From a bacterium (GTDB lineage: Bacteria > SM23-31): a stretch of DNA of 64,000 bases. The translations under genes were made by a program, and so were the position numbers. This document shows positions 51,290-60,982 of this stretch, one piece after another (the stretch's first letter is position 1; every line of letters starts with the position of its first letter). The stretch covers positions 256,001 through 320,000 of the forward strand of contig OZ252239.1 of NCBI GenBank assembly GCA_965249485.1. Reading direction: 5' to 3'. The notes below the pieces were generated by a model. The model was given only the letters and a program-made list of their open reading frames with translations, searched no databases and had not been told where the DNA came from.

Positions 51290-52141
51290 CTACCATGGTA
51301 TTATCTTACAATTCTGGGCAGACTGCATCGATAGGATATGCTGTTCCGGAATTTCCTGCCAGTGAGGAGACTCAGATAGCTTTTCTGAACCTAAAATAAT
51401 ATATATGTTTGATGGGATTGAATCAACAATTTGAAAATTCATCATCGTTTTCGGGGAGAAAAACGACGTTTCATTGATATCGCTGTCTTTGTTCGTATAG
51501 TAATAGAGAGGCAATCCACTTCGTGAGGCAATGAGATACGAACTATTTGACAATATGAAATTCATTACCGGATTTTCATCAACTTCAGCCTCACGGTGTA
51601 AATCAATCATATGGGATTTCAAAAGCTGAAGCCCCTGCACTGCCGAATCCATAGATATATTACCTCGCTTAATCCCTCCTTCACCTCGAAGAAGAGAGAA
51701 GTAGAAATAAAACAGATGTTCACTGTCTGTATTACCTCGAATCAGTTTTTTGTATACCGGAGGCAGTTTCCGAAGAATTTTTGACCTGATTCTTCGAAAC
51801 TGATTTATGGTGCCGCAATGGGCAAACAACCACTTACCCCACCTAAATGGTTGTGTGTTTGCTTCTTTCCGGTCTCCAATGGTTGCCTGCCTGGTATGAC
51901 TGATGAAAATTTGTGAAGATACAACTTCCGTAATATTGGTTATTCGCTGCTTCCCGGAATTACGGGATGCTTTTTTAAAGAGAAATGATCCTTGTTCTCT
52001 ATAAAAACCAATCCCTCATCCATCCGGAACAATCGGAATAATGTCAGATGCATCCGCACGCTGTTCCAGAGGTACTTCCTTCATTACAGTGCACGAAAGT
52101 TTTATAGGTCCTTCACAAAATAGCCCGAACAACCGGCTCAT
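51290..52141 (-). CDS. Class II glutamine amidotransferase/Ntn hydrolase (YafJ/EgtC-like) with an in-frame TGA at 52016-52018
   Basis: AAGGAG SD, MSRLFG, PDG-[TGA]-GIGFY, SHTRQAT, NTQPF, FAHCGTI, GNTDSEH, LGSEKL, all in one frame. Confidence 0.8.
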
Positions 52142-52387
52142 AATTTACTGCTCCTTTTTCAGATAAAATTACAAATATTTTTAATTTTTGTCAAGCAAAA
52201 GAAACGACCTATCAAAAAGCTCAACACAATTATAATTCTATTTTATTGTAGAATCATGACCTGCGTCACATACAAAAAATTTTTATTTTAATACTCCCCT
52301 AAGCATATAAAAAACTTGAAAATTATATATGTTATACATATATTAGTTGGATATTTTGCATTTGTTATGAATTAACGATAATATCGT

Positions 52388-53860
52388 ATGAAATTAAAAC
52401 TCGAAATATCCAATAACAATCTCAAGGCATATCTCACTTCGTTAGAAACCGATAAGGAAGATAAACCTAAACCGATAACCTCCGAACAAATCATCGAACT
52501 TCTCAAAGAGAAAAAGATAATATTCGGTGTCAATCAAGACGCCATTGCGAAATTTGTTGATAAGAAGGTGCCGGTTGTGGATGTAGTGATTGCAGAGGGT
52601 AAATCTCCTAGCATCGGGAATACTGCAGAAGTGAAGGTTCATAAACGTCCCAAAAAACGCGAAGACGTTATGCCGAAGGCAAACGAGGAAGGCGATATCG
52701 ACTATATATCTCCTCGTGAGGGTTGGATTGTAGTCGTCAACAAAGAAGATGAAATCGCAGTAAAAATTCCCCCGACGCAAGGTAAGGCCGGAATGGATAT
52801 TTTCGGACAGGAAATTCCCGGTATTTGGGGTAAGGATTTTGAGCTTGAAGAGATTGGAGGAATTAACACCGAAGTTGATGGCGATGTTCTTCTTTCTTCA
52901 ATTGACGGATTTGTCGTTCCTCGTGCGACAAAAATGAACGTTGAGCCTGTTTTCAGAATTTACGACGACGTTGGCCCTTCTACAGGTTCAATTGAAATCC
53001 CTGCAAAATATAAGGTTGAGGTCGCAATTTCTAAGGACATAAAGTCGGGTTATTGGGTCAAGGCGCATAAAATATCTGTCGGAGGATGTGTTGAAGACTG
53101 TGAAATTGAAGCGTATGAGCTGATTGTCGAACAAGGGATTGTGGGGGTAAGTGAGATTCCAATTAATGCAGATAAAATTAGAGTTGGTTATATTAATGGA
53201 TCACGCCACGTTATTTCCAAAGGAATCCATGTGACCCGTGAAATCAGTAACGGTGCTCATGTACATGCACGGCAGATTAAGGCTCACACAATTCAAGGAA
53301 GTACTATTGTCGCAGGTGAGGGGATCTGGGCTGAATTTATAAACGGCCAGAATAAAATATATGTCGGTGTTGATCACAAGGCAAAAACAGTCTACGATAA
53401 ATGCACTACAGAGCTGAACGATATGGAAGAGCCATTTGAACAGCTTAAGGTGGGGTGGAGAAACAATGAAAAGCGGATGGTGTATTTAAAAGAACTAAGC
53501 AAAAAATATCCGCAACATCCGTTGATTGCAAAGGAATTGCCGCAGATTAAAGAGATAAAAGAGAAATTTGACTACTTCCAGAAAAAAATGGAATCACTCA
53601 AGAAAGAACAGGAAGATGCGCTGAAAAAGATGTATCCAACCGACAAACCATTTCTTCTTATCAGAGTTGGATTTGCAAAGGATAATTCAAGCGGATCAAT
53701 TATTGAACCACAAACCACAATCAATATAGGGGAAGAGGTTAGAAGAATATTGGAGCCGACAAAAGGCGGACTCATGACATATCATGAAGACAAATTTGCT
53801 TCTTCCCAGAAATATAATATTAAAGAAGTAAAAACAAAATTACCGCTTATCGAATGGTAA
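52388..53860 (+). CDS. DUF342/FapA (flagellar assembly protein A) family
   Basis: LKEKKIIFGV, VIAEGKSP..G, KIPPTQGKAGMDIFG, DVGPSTGSI, beta-helix then coiled coil. Confidence 0.8.
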   Translation: MKLKLEISNNNLKAYLTSLETDKEDKPKPITSEQIIELLKEKKIIFGVNQDAIAKFVDKKVPVVDVVIAEGKSPSIGNTAEVKVHKRPKKREDVMPKANEEGDIDYISPREGWIVVVNKEDEIAVKIPPTQGKAGMDIFGQEIPGIWGKDFELEEIGGINTEVDGDVLLSSIDGFVVPRATKMNVEPVFRIYDDVGPSTGSIEIPAKYKVEVAISKDIKSGYWVKAHKISVGGCVEDCEIEAYELIVEQGIVGVSEIPINADKIRVGYINGSRHVISKGIHVTREISNGAHVHARQIKAHTIQGSTIVAGEGIWAEFINGQNKIYVGVDHKAKTVYDKCTTELNDMEEPFEQLKVGWRNNEKRMVYLKELSKKYPQHPLIAKELPQIKEIKEKFDYFQKKMESLKKEQEDALKKMYPTDKPFLLIRVGFAKDNSSGSIIEPQTTINIGEEVRRILEPTKGGLMTYHEDKFASSQKYNIKEVKTKLPLIEW

Positions 53861-53916
53861 TAATGCTGTGTATGTCTGATTATTGTGAGTAGAATGAAAG
53901 AATTCCGTATTGCATA

Positions 53917-54909
53917 ATGATTCGTCCCAAAAAACTTTCCTTAGCTGCATTTCCTTCCCCACTCCATCAACTCAGATATCTGAGTAAAAATCTTAATAGA
54001 AATATTTATATCAAGCGTGATGATTCTACCGGAATGCTGCTTTCCGGCAACAAAATTCGAAAGCTTGAGTATGTTTTGAAAGAAGCGCTCGATCACAAAG
54101 CCGACACTATCGTAACCTGCGGTGGCATTGATTCCAATCATGTCAGATCGACATCTGTTGCGGCGAAGCTTCTTGGTCTTCAGCCATATGCTGTTCTTCA
54201 CGGCGGTAAACCGGAAATCCTTGACGGGAATCTACTTTTAACAGAAAGTATAGGTGCAAACACCACTTTCGTAAGTGATAAAGAGTATGCGGAGATCGAT
54301 CGGATTTATTCTGGCATGGACGAAGAAATGCGGAAAAAGGGTCTGACGCCCTATTTTATTCCTTCGGGTGCCTCAAATGCACTCGGCTGCTGGGGATACA
54401 TTTCGATGATGGAAGAACTAATGGAGCAGCAGAAAGAAATAGATGTTCGGTTCGACTCAATTTTTGTAGCACTTGGGTCGGGGGGTACGCTCGGCGGATT
54501 AATTCTCGGTAAATTTCTTGTCGATAATCCTGCTGAAATTTTTGGCATTAATGTGTTCAGTAAAGCTGAAGATTTTGAAGATGCTATATTTACTATGGGT
54601 AGTGAAGCAATTGACAGGTTCCAGCTACCATGCAAACTTAAGAGATCTGATATTCACTATTTCAACAACTATATCGGGCGTGGTTACGCATTGACGACCG
54701 ACGAAGAGATGGAGTTCGTTCTGGACATTGCCCGTAATGAGGGTGTTGTCCTTGATCAAGTTTACACAGGAAAAGCACTCTTTGGAACGGTCGATCTTTT
54801 GAAACGGTATCCCGAGCGTTTCGGCCGGAATATTCTCTTCATTCACACCGGTGGTTGGTTTAGTTTTTTCAGAGAACGTGAACGTATCACCCGGCTCCTG
54901 GATTTTTAA
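53917..54909 (+). CDS. dcyD: D-cysteine desulfhydrase/ACC deaminase family PLP enzyme
   Basis: IKRDD, SGNKIRKLEY, SNH, GSGGT, LDQVYTGKA, FIHTGG. Confidence 0.85.
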   Translation: MIRPKKLSLAAFPSPLHQLRYLSKNLNRNIYIKRDDSTGMLLSGNKIRKLEYVLKEALDHKADTIVTCGGIDSNHVRSTSVAAKLLGLQPYAVLHGGKPEILDGNLLLTESIGANTTFVSDKEYAEIDRIYSGMDEEMRKKGLTPYFIPSGASNALGCWGYISMMEELMEQQKEIDVRFDSIFVALGSGGTLGGLILGKFLVDNPAEIFGINVFSKAEDFEDAIFTMGSEAIDRFQLPCKLKRSDIHYFNNYIGRGYALTTDEEMEFVLDIARNEGVVLDQVYTGKALFGTVDLLKRYPERFGRNILFIHTGGWFSFFRERERITRLLDF

Positions 54910-54986
54910 TATTTCGGTGAACCGATTCAAAATACACTTGAACTGTTTATACTCATATCCATAATTCATTCACCCCGGAGAAACGC

Positions 54987-56135
54987 GTGAAATATGTATT
55001 AACAGGCGGTGGAACAGGCGGCCATGTCTATCCGGCATTAGCAATCAAGCAGGTTATTTCTCAGCAGGATCACAGCGCAGAATTTCTCTATATTGGCATA
55101 GCAGGAAAAGCAGAACAATATATCATTGAAAATCTTGAAAGTAGTGAAACTGTTCCCATTGACTATATTCTTGCTGAAGGACTGCCCCGGTCGCTTCATA
55201 TTGTCCGGTTGTGGAAATTTACTCTCAGTCTGCTCCGTGGTTTTTTCAAATCGATTTCTCTATTGAAACGATTCAAACCGGATTGCATCATAGCCACAGG
55301 CGGTTATGTTGCCGCACCTGTTATCCTTGCCGGTTATTTTCTCCGAATTTCTATCTTACTATTTGAATCGAACAGTGTCCCCGGAATCGTGAACAAGCTG
55401 TTAGCGAAGTTAGCCGATGCAATTCTTATCACTTTTGCAGAAACAAAGACTCAGTTTACCAAATCAAAAACTGCTTATGTGGGCTATCCGGTGCGAAAAA
55501 CACTCGAGGTTTATTCGAAAGAAAAAGCCAGAGGAAAGCTCGGTATAGCAAGTGACGCAAAAGTTGTTTTTGTATTCGGAGGCAGCACAGGTGCACGGAC
55601 AATTAACGAAGCAGTTGTGAGAAATCTTGAAGTTTTTTTGTCGCTCGATAATCTTATATTGATTCATGGAACTGGCAGAGGAGTGCAGCACACAAATTCT
55701 CAAAAGCTTATTGATGACCTGTACGCTTCTCCTCCTACCGAAACAAAGTACCGTATGAAAGAATATTTTCATGATATTAATGTGTATTATTCGGCTGCAG
55801 ACATTATTGTCAGCCGCGCCGGTTCGGGTACGATTATGGAGTGTGCGGCACTCGGTCGTCCGATGGTACTGATTCCGAAAATCGGCCTGCCTGGAGATCA
55901 CCAGGTCAAGAATGCCGAATTGGTAGAAAAAGTTGAAGGTGGAGTACTGGTGAAAGAAGAGCATTACCGGGACAATGTAATTCTTGACGGAGAACTGGTT
56001 GCGAAAACCGTCCATACGCTTGTTTCAGACACATCTCGGCTCTTGGAAATGGGTAAAAATATACGTACAATATATCGGTCAGATGTCAACGAGCGAATTG
56101 CCGAGACATTGCGGTCCGTTTTAACTATTACTTAG
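54987..56135 (+). CDS. murG: MurG-family glycosyltransferase
   Basis: GGGTGGHVYPA, TGGYV, ESNSVPG, GYPVR, FGGSTGA, SRAG..T..E, DHQ..NA. Confidence 0.85.
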   Translation: MKYVLTGGGTGGHVYPALAIKQVISQQDHSAEFLYIGIAGKAEQYIIENLESSETVPIDYILAEGLPRSLHIVRLWKFTLSLLRGFFKSISLLKRFKPDCIIATGGYVAAPVILAGYFLRISILLFESNSVPGIVNKLLAKLADAILITFAETKTQFTKSKTAYVGYPVRKTLEVYSKEKARGKLGIASDAKVVFVFGGSTGARTINEAVVRNLEVFLSLDNLILIHGTGRGVQHTNSQKLIDDLYASPPTETKYRMKEYFHDINVYYSAADIIVSRAGSGTIMECAALGRPMVLIPKIGLPGDHQVKNAELVEKVEGGVLVKEEHYRDNVILDGELVAKTVHTLVSDTSRLLEMGKNIRTIYRSDVNERIAETLRSVLTIT

Positions 56136-56148
56136 GATATTTTCAACA

Positions 56149-56853
56149 GTGTCATCAACTACATTAACCCCGGAAGCAGTTCTAAAAAAAGCAAATAATG
56201 CGGATTCCGAAACGTTGAAGTCTCTTGCGGAGTCGTTATCTCCTGAACTCATATCTGAGTGGCTAATGCATCCCAGTTGGAAAGTGCGAAACTCTGCTGT
56301 GAAAATTGTCGGTGCTCTGCGTCTCGTAAACTATAAAGAGAGTCTCATAGAATTAATAATCGACAGGACTCCTGCACGGATTCTTGACAGGCTTTTCGGT
56401 GGCGATTTCCGTCAGGTCGGATTTATCAGACGTAATGCAGTCCGTGCATTGGGAGCTACAACAGTGCCCGATCAGAAAGTCACTGCCGCACTGCTCACTT
56501 CGTTAACAGATTCGTATTGGGAAGTTCGTGCTGAGGGACTTAAGGCTTTGAGGAATATGTATGTCGATTGCGCAACTCCTGAAATCATTAGTGCTGTCGC
56601 TGGCGTGCTCAGTGATTCGACATTTGAAGTTGTTGAGCAGGCACTATATACACTCGGCACCTTGTGTCAGTCCGCAGACATTCTGCCAATTATCAGAAAC
56701 TTATATAATCATCCGAATAATATTGTTAAAAGCGCTGCTGTCGAATCGCTTAAAACACTCCACCAGCGCGGCGTAATCGGTTCCAGTGATGATCTTGCTA
56801 AGGAACTCAACAATATTTTTATTCCGGGGCATTATAACAATAATTACCATTAA
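56149..56853 (+). CDS. HEAT-repeat protein
   Basis: HPSWKVRNSAVK, IRRNAVRALG, DSYWEVRAEGLKAL, DSTFEVVEQALYTLG, HPNNIVKSAAVESL. Confidence 0.85.
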   Translation: MSSTTLTPEAVLKKANNADSETLKSLAESLSPELISEWLMHPSWKVRNSAVKIVGALRLVNYKESLIELIIDRTPARILDRLFGGDFRQVGFIRRNAVRALGATTVPDQKVTAALLTSLTDSYWEVRAEGLKALRNMYVDCATPEIISAVAGVLSDSTFEVVEQALYTLGTLCQSADILPIIRNLYNHPNNIVKSAAVESLKTLHQRGVIGSSDDLAKELNNIFIPGHYNNNYH

Positions 56854-56893
56854 AACCATAAATCACAATCTACAATAACGCGTATAGAGTATA

Positions 56894-58012
56894 ATGGGAT
56901 ATTTTTTATACGATTTTTTTCTGTCAATAAATTTTTTTGACGGACCCTTTTCATTTTTGCGCCTCTTAAACTATATCAGTTTCAGGGCAGGCTTTGCATT
57001 TCTAACCGCGTTTCTTATATCTCTATTCTGGGGACGGAAAATTATCATTGGCCTCTATAGGAAAAACTTCCGTGAGACTTCGCGGGAGGCATCGGATGCT
57101 GTTGTTCAGAACAAAAAAGGAACGCCTACAATGGGGGGATTGATCATTATCTTTTCGGTCATGACCTCTTCGCTGCTCTGGTGTAATTTATCGAGTCTTT
57201 TTGTACTCCTTCCCCTTGCCGCTCTTAGCTGGTTCGGTTTTATTGGTTTTATTGACGATCGCCGCAAACTCTTCGGGCAATCAAGTGAAGCAGGACTATC
57301 TCGTTCTTCAAAACTCCTTGCCCAGGGAGTCTTCGGACTGCTTTTCGGATTGATTATCTATTCCGAAAGTTGGTCACCATTCCCGGAAAACATGATCTAT
57401 AACCTCTATTTACCCTTTTACAAACCGGCAATTCTGCATTTGTCGTGGTTTTATGTTCCATTATGTATATTTATTATTCTGTCGATATCCAACGCCGTGA
57501 ACTTTGCCGACGGGCTGGACGGGCTTGCCATTGTACCATCTTCAACGACCATTGCGGTTTATGGTGTTTTTGCCTACGTCATCGGGAACAGCAAATACGC
57601 TGATTATCTCTTATTTGAATTAATTCCGGGTACGGGTGAGTTGACGGTTCTATGTGCCGCAGGAATCGGCGCAGGAATCGGTTTTCTCTGGTTCAATACC
57701 TATCCTGCACAAATTTTCATGGGGGACACCGGTTCTCAAGCACTCGGCGGATTCATTGCAACAATAGCAATTCTGGTGAAACAGGAGATGCTTTTCTTAA
57801 TAGCGGGTGGAATTTTCCTCGCTGAAGCGGTTTCTGTTTTAGTTCAGGACAGAATAGGAATAAACCGTATCGGCAGACGGCTTTTTTACCGGGCACCCCT
57901 CCACCACACTTTTCAATTCCGAGGTATTGCGGAACCAACAGTTGTCGTCAGGTTCTGGATTGTCTCGATTATTCTTGCCCTGATGAGTATCCTCTCATTG
58001 AAGATCAGATAA
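56894..58012 (+). CDS. mraY: Phospho-N-acetylmuramoyl-pentapeptide transferase
   Basis: KKGTPTMGG, GFIDD, SNAVNFADGLDGL, FMGDTGS, APLHH. Confidence 0.92.
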   Translation: MGYFLYDFFLSINFFDGPFSFLRLLNYISFRAGFAFLTAFLISLFWGRKIIIGLYRKNFRETSREASDAVVQNKKGTPTMGGLIIIFSVMTSSLLWCNLSSLFVLLPLAALSWFGFIGFIDDRRKLFGQSSEAGLSRSSKLLAQGVFGLLFGLIIYSESWSPFPENMIYNLYLPFYKPAILHLSWFYVPLCIFIILSISNAVNFADGLDGLAIVPSSTTIAVYGVFAYVIGNSKYADYLLFELIPGTGELTVLCAAGIGAGIGFLWFNTYPAQIFMGDTGSQALGGFIATIAILVKQEMLFLIAGGIFLAEAVSVLVQDRIGINRIGRRLFYRAPLHHTFQFRGIAEPTVVVRFWIVSIILALMSILSLKIR

Positions 58013-58016
58013 TGAT

Positions 58017-59222
58017 CTAAATATAATCCGGATAGCGTGTTTCCTTGGATTTCCGATAGTGGAGCGGAAGCGATATAAGCACACCTATCAACGGAAAGTA
58101 TGCCAGCACCTGCAGAGTTTCAATGAGTCCATATATGTCCGCCACTTTTCCTGCGACACTTACCAGCAATCCTCCTACACCCCATGAAACACCCATAACC
58201 ATACTTGAAACCGTACTCATGTTGCCCGGCATCATTGCCTGTGCCTGTGTGATAACAGCCGGTATTGAGAAAAACATCATACCCCCTGCAAAACTAAGCG
58301 CTGCATAGGCAGCAGTACCTGTGGTGTTTAAAAATAAAATATATGCAGGAGCAGCAAACAAAAACGAACCGGAGATGATTATTTTCGGTTCTATCCGGTC
58401 TGCAAGATAGCCACCAATAAGCGTACCGATTCCACCGAAAAAGCTGAATAAAAAGAGTGCGAATCCTCCTGATTCAAGAGGTAGCCCTCTATACGAAAAA
58501 AGGATAGGTATAAAGGTATTGAAGCTCATCACAACAAAACTCCGGAGCAATCCGATAAAAACATAGATACTGATCGATGTTAATTCTTTCAAATTCTCTT
58601 TTGTGATTGCCGGTTTATTACGGGTCAATTTCTCAACCGTATGTTCCGGAGAATATCGGGCCATTAGCAGCGCATAAACTACAGCAGGTATTATAGCGAT
58701 CGGGACATATTTGATATTCCATATTGCAATAATTGATGTTACCACAAGCGGGCCAGTCGAAAAACCGACGCTACCACCGGAGACAAATATCGACATGACC
58801 GTGCTCCGGTTTTTTTCGCTGATGCTATAGGTCATTTTGGCAGCAAGCGGATGAAATTGTGCCTGGCCGAGGCCGCCAAAGAGTACCCACAGGAGTATAA
58901 ACCACTGGTTGGGCATGTATCCCAAAGTACAATAGAATATCCCGGAGAACACCGGACCCATAATTACAAAAAACCGAGTCGACATTCTGTCGCTGAGGAG
59001 TCCGAAAACAGGCTGCAACAATGAACCGGACAGCGAAGCGGTAGCCATAAGAAGCCCGGCATACGATATTGAAAATCCAAACATAGACATCAACAACGGT
59101 AATATCGGAGCAAGAAATCCAGGATATACATCAGAACAGAAATGACCCGAAGACAACATAAATGCTTTGGACATCCATTTCTTTTTATTATTACTATTAT
59201 TCACTGCTTTCACAATTTGCAT
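58017..59222 (-). CDS. MFS transporter (Fsr-like)
   Basis: HF..D.Y...L.P.LP, QPVFGLLSDR, FHP, GGYLADR. Confidence 0.85.
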   Translation of the reverse strand: MQIVKAVNNSNNKKKWMSKAFMLSSGHFCSDVYPGFLAPILPLLMSMFGFSISYAGLLMATASLSGSLLQPVFGLLSDRMSTRFFVIMGPVFSGIFYCTLGYMPNQWFILLWVLFGGLGQAQFHPLAAKMTYSISEKNRSTVMSIFVSGGSVGFSTGPLVVTSIIAIWNIKYVPIAIIPAVVYALLMARYSPEHTVEKLTRNKPAITKENLKELTSISIYVFIGLLRSFVVMSFNTFIPILFSYRGLPLESGGFALFLFSFFGGIGTLIGGYLADRIEPKIIISGSFLFAAPAYILFLNTTGTAAYAALSFAGGMMFFSIPAVITQAQAMMPGNMSTVSSMVMGVSWGVGGLLVSVAGKVADIYGLIETLQVLAYFPLIGVLISLPLHYRKSKETRYPDYI

Positions 59223-59430
59223 TCCATATTACGTTCACTTTTAAACATTTTTTATGACTATCAATTGCGCTCTAAAAGTAGTTGTATGATAACTCACATT
59301 TTTAATGTATTTATACAGCATAACCACATCAGGAGACCGAAAATAATGCTATTTCCCTCATCGGCCCATTCTTATGCATATGCTCGATTCAAATTAAATT
59401 CGAACTTACTGAGAGTTCGGGTGGGCGCTT

Positions 59431-60442
59431 TTACGACGAAATTTCAACTTGGCAGTCACGAAGATATCCAGCAGCATTTTCGGGTGGAACCGGATTAATG
59501 TAAAAATCGGTCCCCCACTCGAACCCTGCAACTTTTGTTAACCGCGGAATTATTTCGATGTGCCAATGATAAAATTCGGACGATCCGATGTTAAATTGGG
59601 TGGTATGAATCATATAGTTATAAGCGGGATTTTTGAGCACGGTCTCGAGTTTTCTGATCGTACTCAGAAGAATTTCCGAAAACGAGGCATTTTTTTCTTT
59701 GGAGAAATGTTCGAAATGAGACTCATGCTGACGTGGGAGTATCCACGTTTCAAACGGAAACCGTGATGCAAACGGGCAAAAAGCATAAAAGTGCTCATTT
59801 TCCATAACTTTGCGAATGCCATCCTGCTGTTCCTGACGGATCATATCGCAGTACAAACAGCGTCCTCTGTAGTTGAAAAATGTCTCACAGCCTGACATTT
59901 CTTCTTTAATGAGCTTGGGTACGGTCGGGAGCATAATCAGCTGTGAATGAGTATGTTCGACCGAGGCACCAGCTGTGGCACCAACATTCTTAAACAGCAT
60001 ACCGAAAATAAATCTGTCATCCTTACTTTAATTCGTGAAGACGCTTTTTGTAAACTTCAACGACATCCTGTACAATGTCAATTTCCAATTGACCAAGAGA
60101 CACGAAGTGTTCGGGCGATTCGATGATTACCTCATGCGCTCCAACACCGTTCATTTGATCATATATACCATCACCCTGTTTATTCAGTTCACCTTCAATC
60201 CGAAGCGCAGGATATTTATTTGGTACAACCCGTACCCGCCAGCGGGATCCATTCTCGCTGCCATTAGTATCCGGAACAGTATAAACCTCCGGCGGTGTCA
60301 TGTCTTCACTTCCGGCACAAAAAGGGCACGTCCCTTTTTTTGGTTCCCGTTCAGATGAAACAAAATCGTTCGGACGAGCAGCCCGCTCTGTTGAAATAAT
60401 TATCCATCTCCCGAGTATCGGGTCTTTCCGTAATTCAGGCAT
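59431..60442 (-). pseudogene. galT: Galactose-1-phosphate uridylyltransferase, split by a 1-nt frameshift at about 60027-60029
   Basis: ELRKDP, CPFC, NKYPAL, HEVIIE in the first frame; FKNVG..AGAS.EHTHSQ in the second; removing one A gives ELSKDDRFIFGMLFKN. Confidence 0.85.
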
Positions 60443-60757
60443 ACGTTACCTTCACTATATCATGCTGTTTGATTGAACTATTAAGAAAATAAGAGAGTTA
60501 TTAAAGATACAAAAATTTTCAAATTGTTTCAATGAAATTCAAAATTTCCTGAAAAAATATCTGACTAATCGCAGAGGCATCGCAATTAAATTTCATTCGT
60601 ACCGGTTTCAATGACAACCTTTTTACTTTGAGATGATAATGCATTATGCAACTTTACAGCAATAGTGCATAATAGAGTAAAAAATACCGATACTAAAGTG
60701 AGAACGTGACACACAGCACAATAAGCGTTTTATCCCGGCAACAGTTTTTGATTTTTC

Positions 60758-60786
60758 TTGACTTTTTTTAGGAAAGATAGTACACT
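60758..60786 (+). promoter_or_regulatory. Putative sigma-70 promoter
   Basis: TTGACT-N17-TACACT. Confidence 0.55.
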
Positions 60787-60982
60787 TTTAATATTATAAA
60801 GCACGTTCGGTATAATATACCTGATGTGTTCTCATTTGTAAAGAGATTTTTTCTACAAAAAAACAGGAGTAAGTTGCTGTAGTGTCTTGTTCTTTTTAAC
60901 AGAGCTTGATTATTAAACAGGCTTGAAACACTATAGTCTTGGTATGAACATTCAATTCAGCACAAAATATTTACTGTAAACT

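Noticed and set aside
60636..60647. ATAATGCATTAT palindrome resembling a Fur box
   Set aside because: Spacing does not fit the 7-1-7 Fur pattern, and the AT-rich context makes a chance match likely
60666..60693. Additional sigma-28-like sites (TGCA-N16-ACCGATAC here; CCCGATAA near 38680; AGCGATAG near 51225)
   Set aside because: Weak -35 element or inconsistent spacing; a better sigma-70 promoter explains the 60983 gene
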